A DNA stretch of 64,000 nt. Origin: Setoptus koraiensis. Lineage: Eukaryota; Animalia; Arthropoda. The translations under genes and the position numbers were made by a program. Positions 62,965-64,000 of the stretch are shown here, in pieces; position 1 is the first letter of the stretch, and every line of letters begins with the position of its first letter. The stretch covers positions 8,060,001 to 8,124,000 of the forward strand of contig CM106585.1 in assembly GCA_048013815.1 (NCBI GenBank). Direction: 5' to 3'. Under the pieces are notes generated by a model that was not told the origin of the DNA, did no database searches, and worked only from the letters and a program-made list of their open reading frames with translations.

Positions 62965-63768
62965 ATGTATTGAGACTACTGCTGATTGTGCCGTTAATAT
63001 TGCCTGTATTACTCCATTCTCGATTACGCTGTTATGGCTAATTAACTGTCTTTCTTTCTCTCTCTCCCTCTCTCTATCTCTTTCCGATCGATATTTACTC
63101 CAATTATTTCAATTAGGCATTTCTAAATGCCAAAGAAAGAGTAACCCTCTAGTACTTTTTCTTTCATGGAGCTGATAATGTCCAAAAATAGACAAGCAGT
63201 TGGACAAACTTGATGAGCGTATCGTGTTGCCATTTGAAAAGTGAGTCAATCGACAATTAGCGTTTGTCATTATGAGTTTTTCAGCTGTCATCAATGATTC
63301 CTAATTATCTTCGCAAACAATGATGAGACATTCGAAATAGACGATCCGAAGCTAGGCATTAATGAAATGGAAATAGTCTAAACTTAGGTCCACATCAACC
63401 ATAAATCATCTTTTGATCTATTGATAGATTTACTAGATTTGAGCATTCATGATCTAAAATGCAAACATAGGAAGAAAATTAAAAATTTCAAAACAAAAAC
63501 TGACATTTATATGTCTATATGTTTTGATGACACCTAACATATCATATTAAGCACACATCATACAACCATTACGAGAATACATCAATTTTTATTTTTGATT
63601 CTCATCATGGATCCATGAACTTTAATAACCATGTACGAATATTAGATTGTCTGATGCAAGATGAGCAGGCATTGTTCTGCTAATACAACTACAGTAGTAT
63701 GTTTTTTTCATAGTATATTAGTCGCCTTGAAACTCTGCATCTTCCAGTGAAATTCTCGCTCAATCGTT

Positions 63769-63957
63769 TCACGTGTAGTTTTTGATCCGATTATTTTCAT
63801 ATGTTACAGCTAAAACTACAAAAACTTCATCTATAAAAACTTCAGAAAAGTGCGCGAAAGTCATCCCTGGGAGATTTTTCCTTGGATTCCCTGTTGTGCT
63901 ATATATAACTCTGTTTACGCTATGCCCATATGTATGAATATTTTCTGAGAACTCCAA
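63769..63957 (-). other. Possible exon or relic of a gene continuing beyond the window
   Basis: A 62-codon open frame directly after a TTTAG acceptor-like site. No homology recognised. Confidence 0.15.
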
Positions 63958-64000
63958 CTAAATCGAACTGAGTAACTGTAGAACTTTATACTAATATTAA

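Overview
AT-rich eukaryotic (animal, arthropod-type) genomic DNA with intron-poor genes, GT-AG introns, Asn/Gln/His low-complexity insertions and many microsatellites. A compact mite genome is my inference from style, not something I could verify. Recognisable genes, left to right: a partial Pro-rich ORF, pyrroline-5-carboxylate reductase, JIP3/sunday driver (5 exons), RFX, YRDC, an orphan membrane protein, INTS12, Rbfox/A2BP1 (5 coding exons), a KLHDC-like kelch protein, a TBC1D15/17-like RabGAP, a C2CD2/TMEM24-like C2+C1 protein, GINS4/SLD5, an orphan multi-pass membrane gene, EFA6/PSD and a secreted CUB protein. The standout is a 736-bp internally deleted DD37E IS630-Tc1-mariner element (45493-46228, perfect 26-bp TIRs) inserted in the coding region of the multi-pass membrane gene. 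Its TIR carries a GTAAGT donor at the entry end and a TTAG acceptor at the exit end, and splicing between them restores a 278-codon reading frame. This makes it a candidate introner-like transposon that still carries transposase sequence. Secondary signals are stop+AATAAA cassettes behind Rbfox splice donors, an alternative terminal exon that would give a RILP-like JIP3 isoform, and very tight tail-to-tail gene pairs. All splice models are deduced by eye and need RNA evidence.
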